64,000 nucleotides of DNA, from positions 6,169 to 70,168 of the forward strand of contig NW_003314304.1 of the NCBI RefSeq assembly GCF_000143415.4, written 5' to 3'. This stretch comes from Selaginella moellendorffii (taxonomy: Eukaryota > Plantae > Lycopodiophyta). The notes below the pieces were generated by a model, which did not search any database, was not told the DNA's origin, and worked only from the letters and a program-made list of their open reading frames with translations. The position numbers and the translations under genes were made by a program. Positions 63,951 through 64,000 of this stretch are shown one piece after another; the stretch's first letter is position 1; every line of letters begins with the position of its first letter.

Positions 63951-64000
63951 CTTAAGTTAGTTCCTTGGTTCCTTGAGTTTGCCCATTGAGGTGTTCAAAA

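Overview
Eukaryotic land-plant genomic DNA. The tiny 40-70 bp introns and dense gene packing suggest a Selaginella-like lycophyte; this is an inference. The left ~37 kb is a transposon nest. It holds a gag-deleted and a full-length Tcn1/Tf1-like chromovirus (self-priming PBS, -1 frameshift signal), Cassandra-like LTRs carrying 5S rRNA sequence, a hAT element with TIRs and an 8-bp TSD, a Crinkler-type NTPase+REase gene, two duplicated Zn-finger pseudogenes and decayed Ty3/gypsy copies. The right ~23 kb holds host genes: a C-terminally truncated MTHFR, a LAMMER kinase, SMC4, AZG1 with rearranged partial copies, and an IRE-type AGC kinase. The most unusual object is a ~13.2-kb DNA transposon (about 17307-30463) bounded by 24-bp TIRs. 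It encodes an intact 1021-aa Sola-like DDD/E transposase and, divergently, a large multi-exon cargo gene with ParB-like, degenerate DNA-methyltransferase-like and HAD-phosphatase-like regions. The element carries about 20 copies of a 22-bp palindrome (ATGGCRTGWGGCCWCAYGCCAT), several inside micro-introns, and I did not see the motif outside it. This is a candidate ParB/parS-like self-recognition or anti-silencing system. Domain assignments come from motif recognition by eye, not from database searches.
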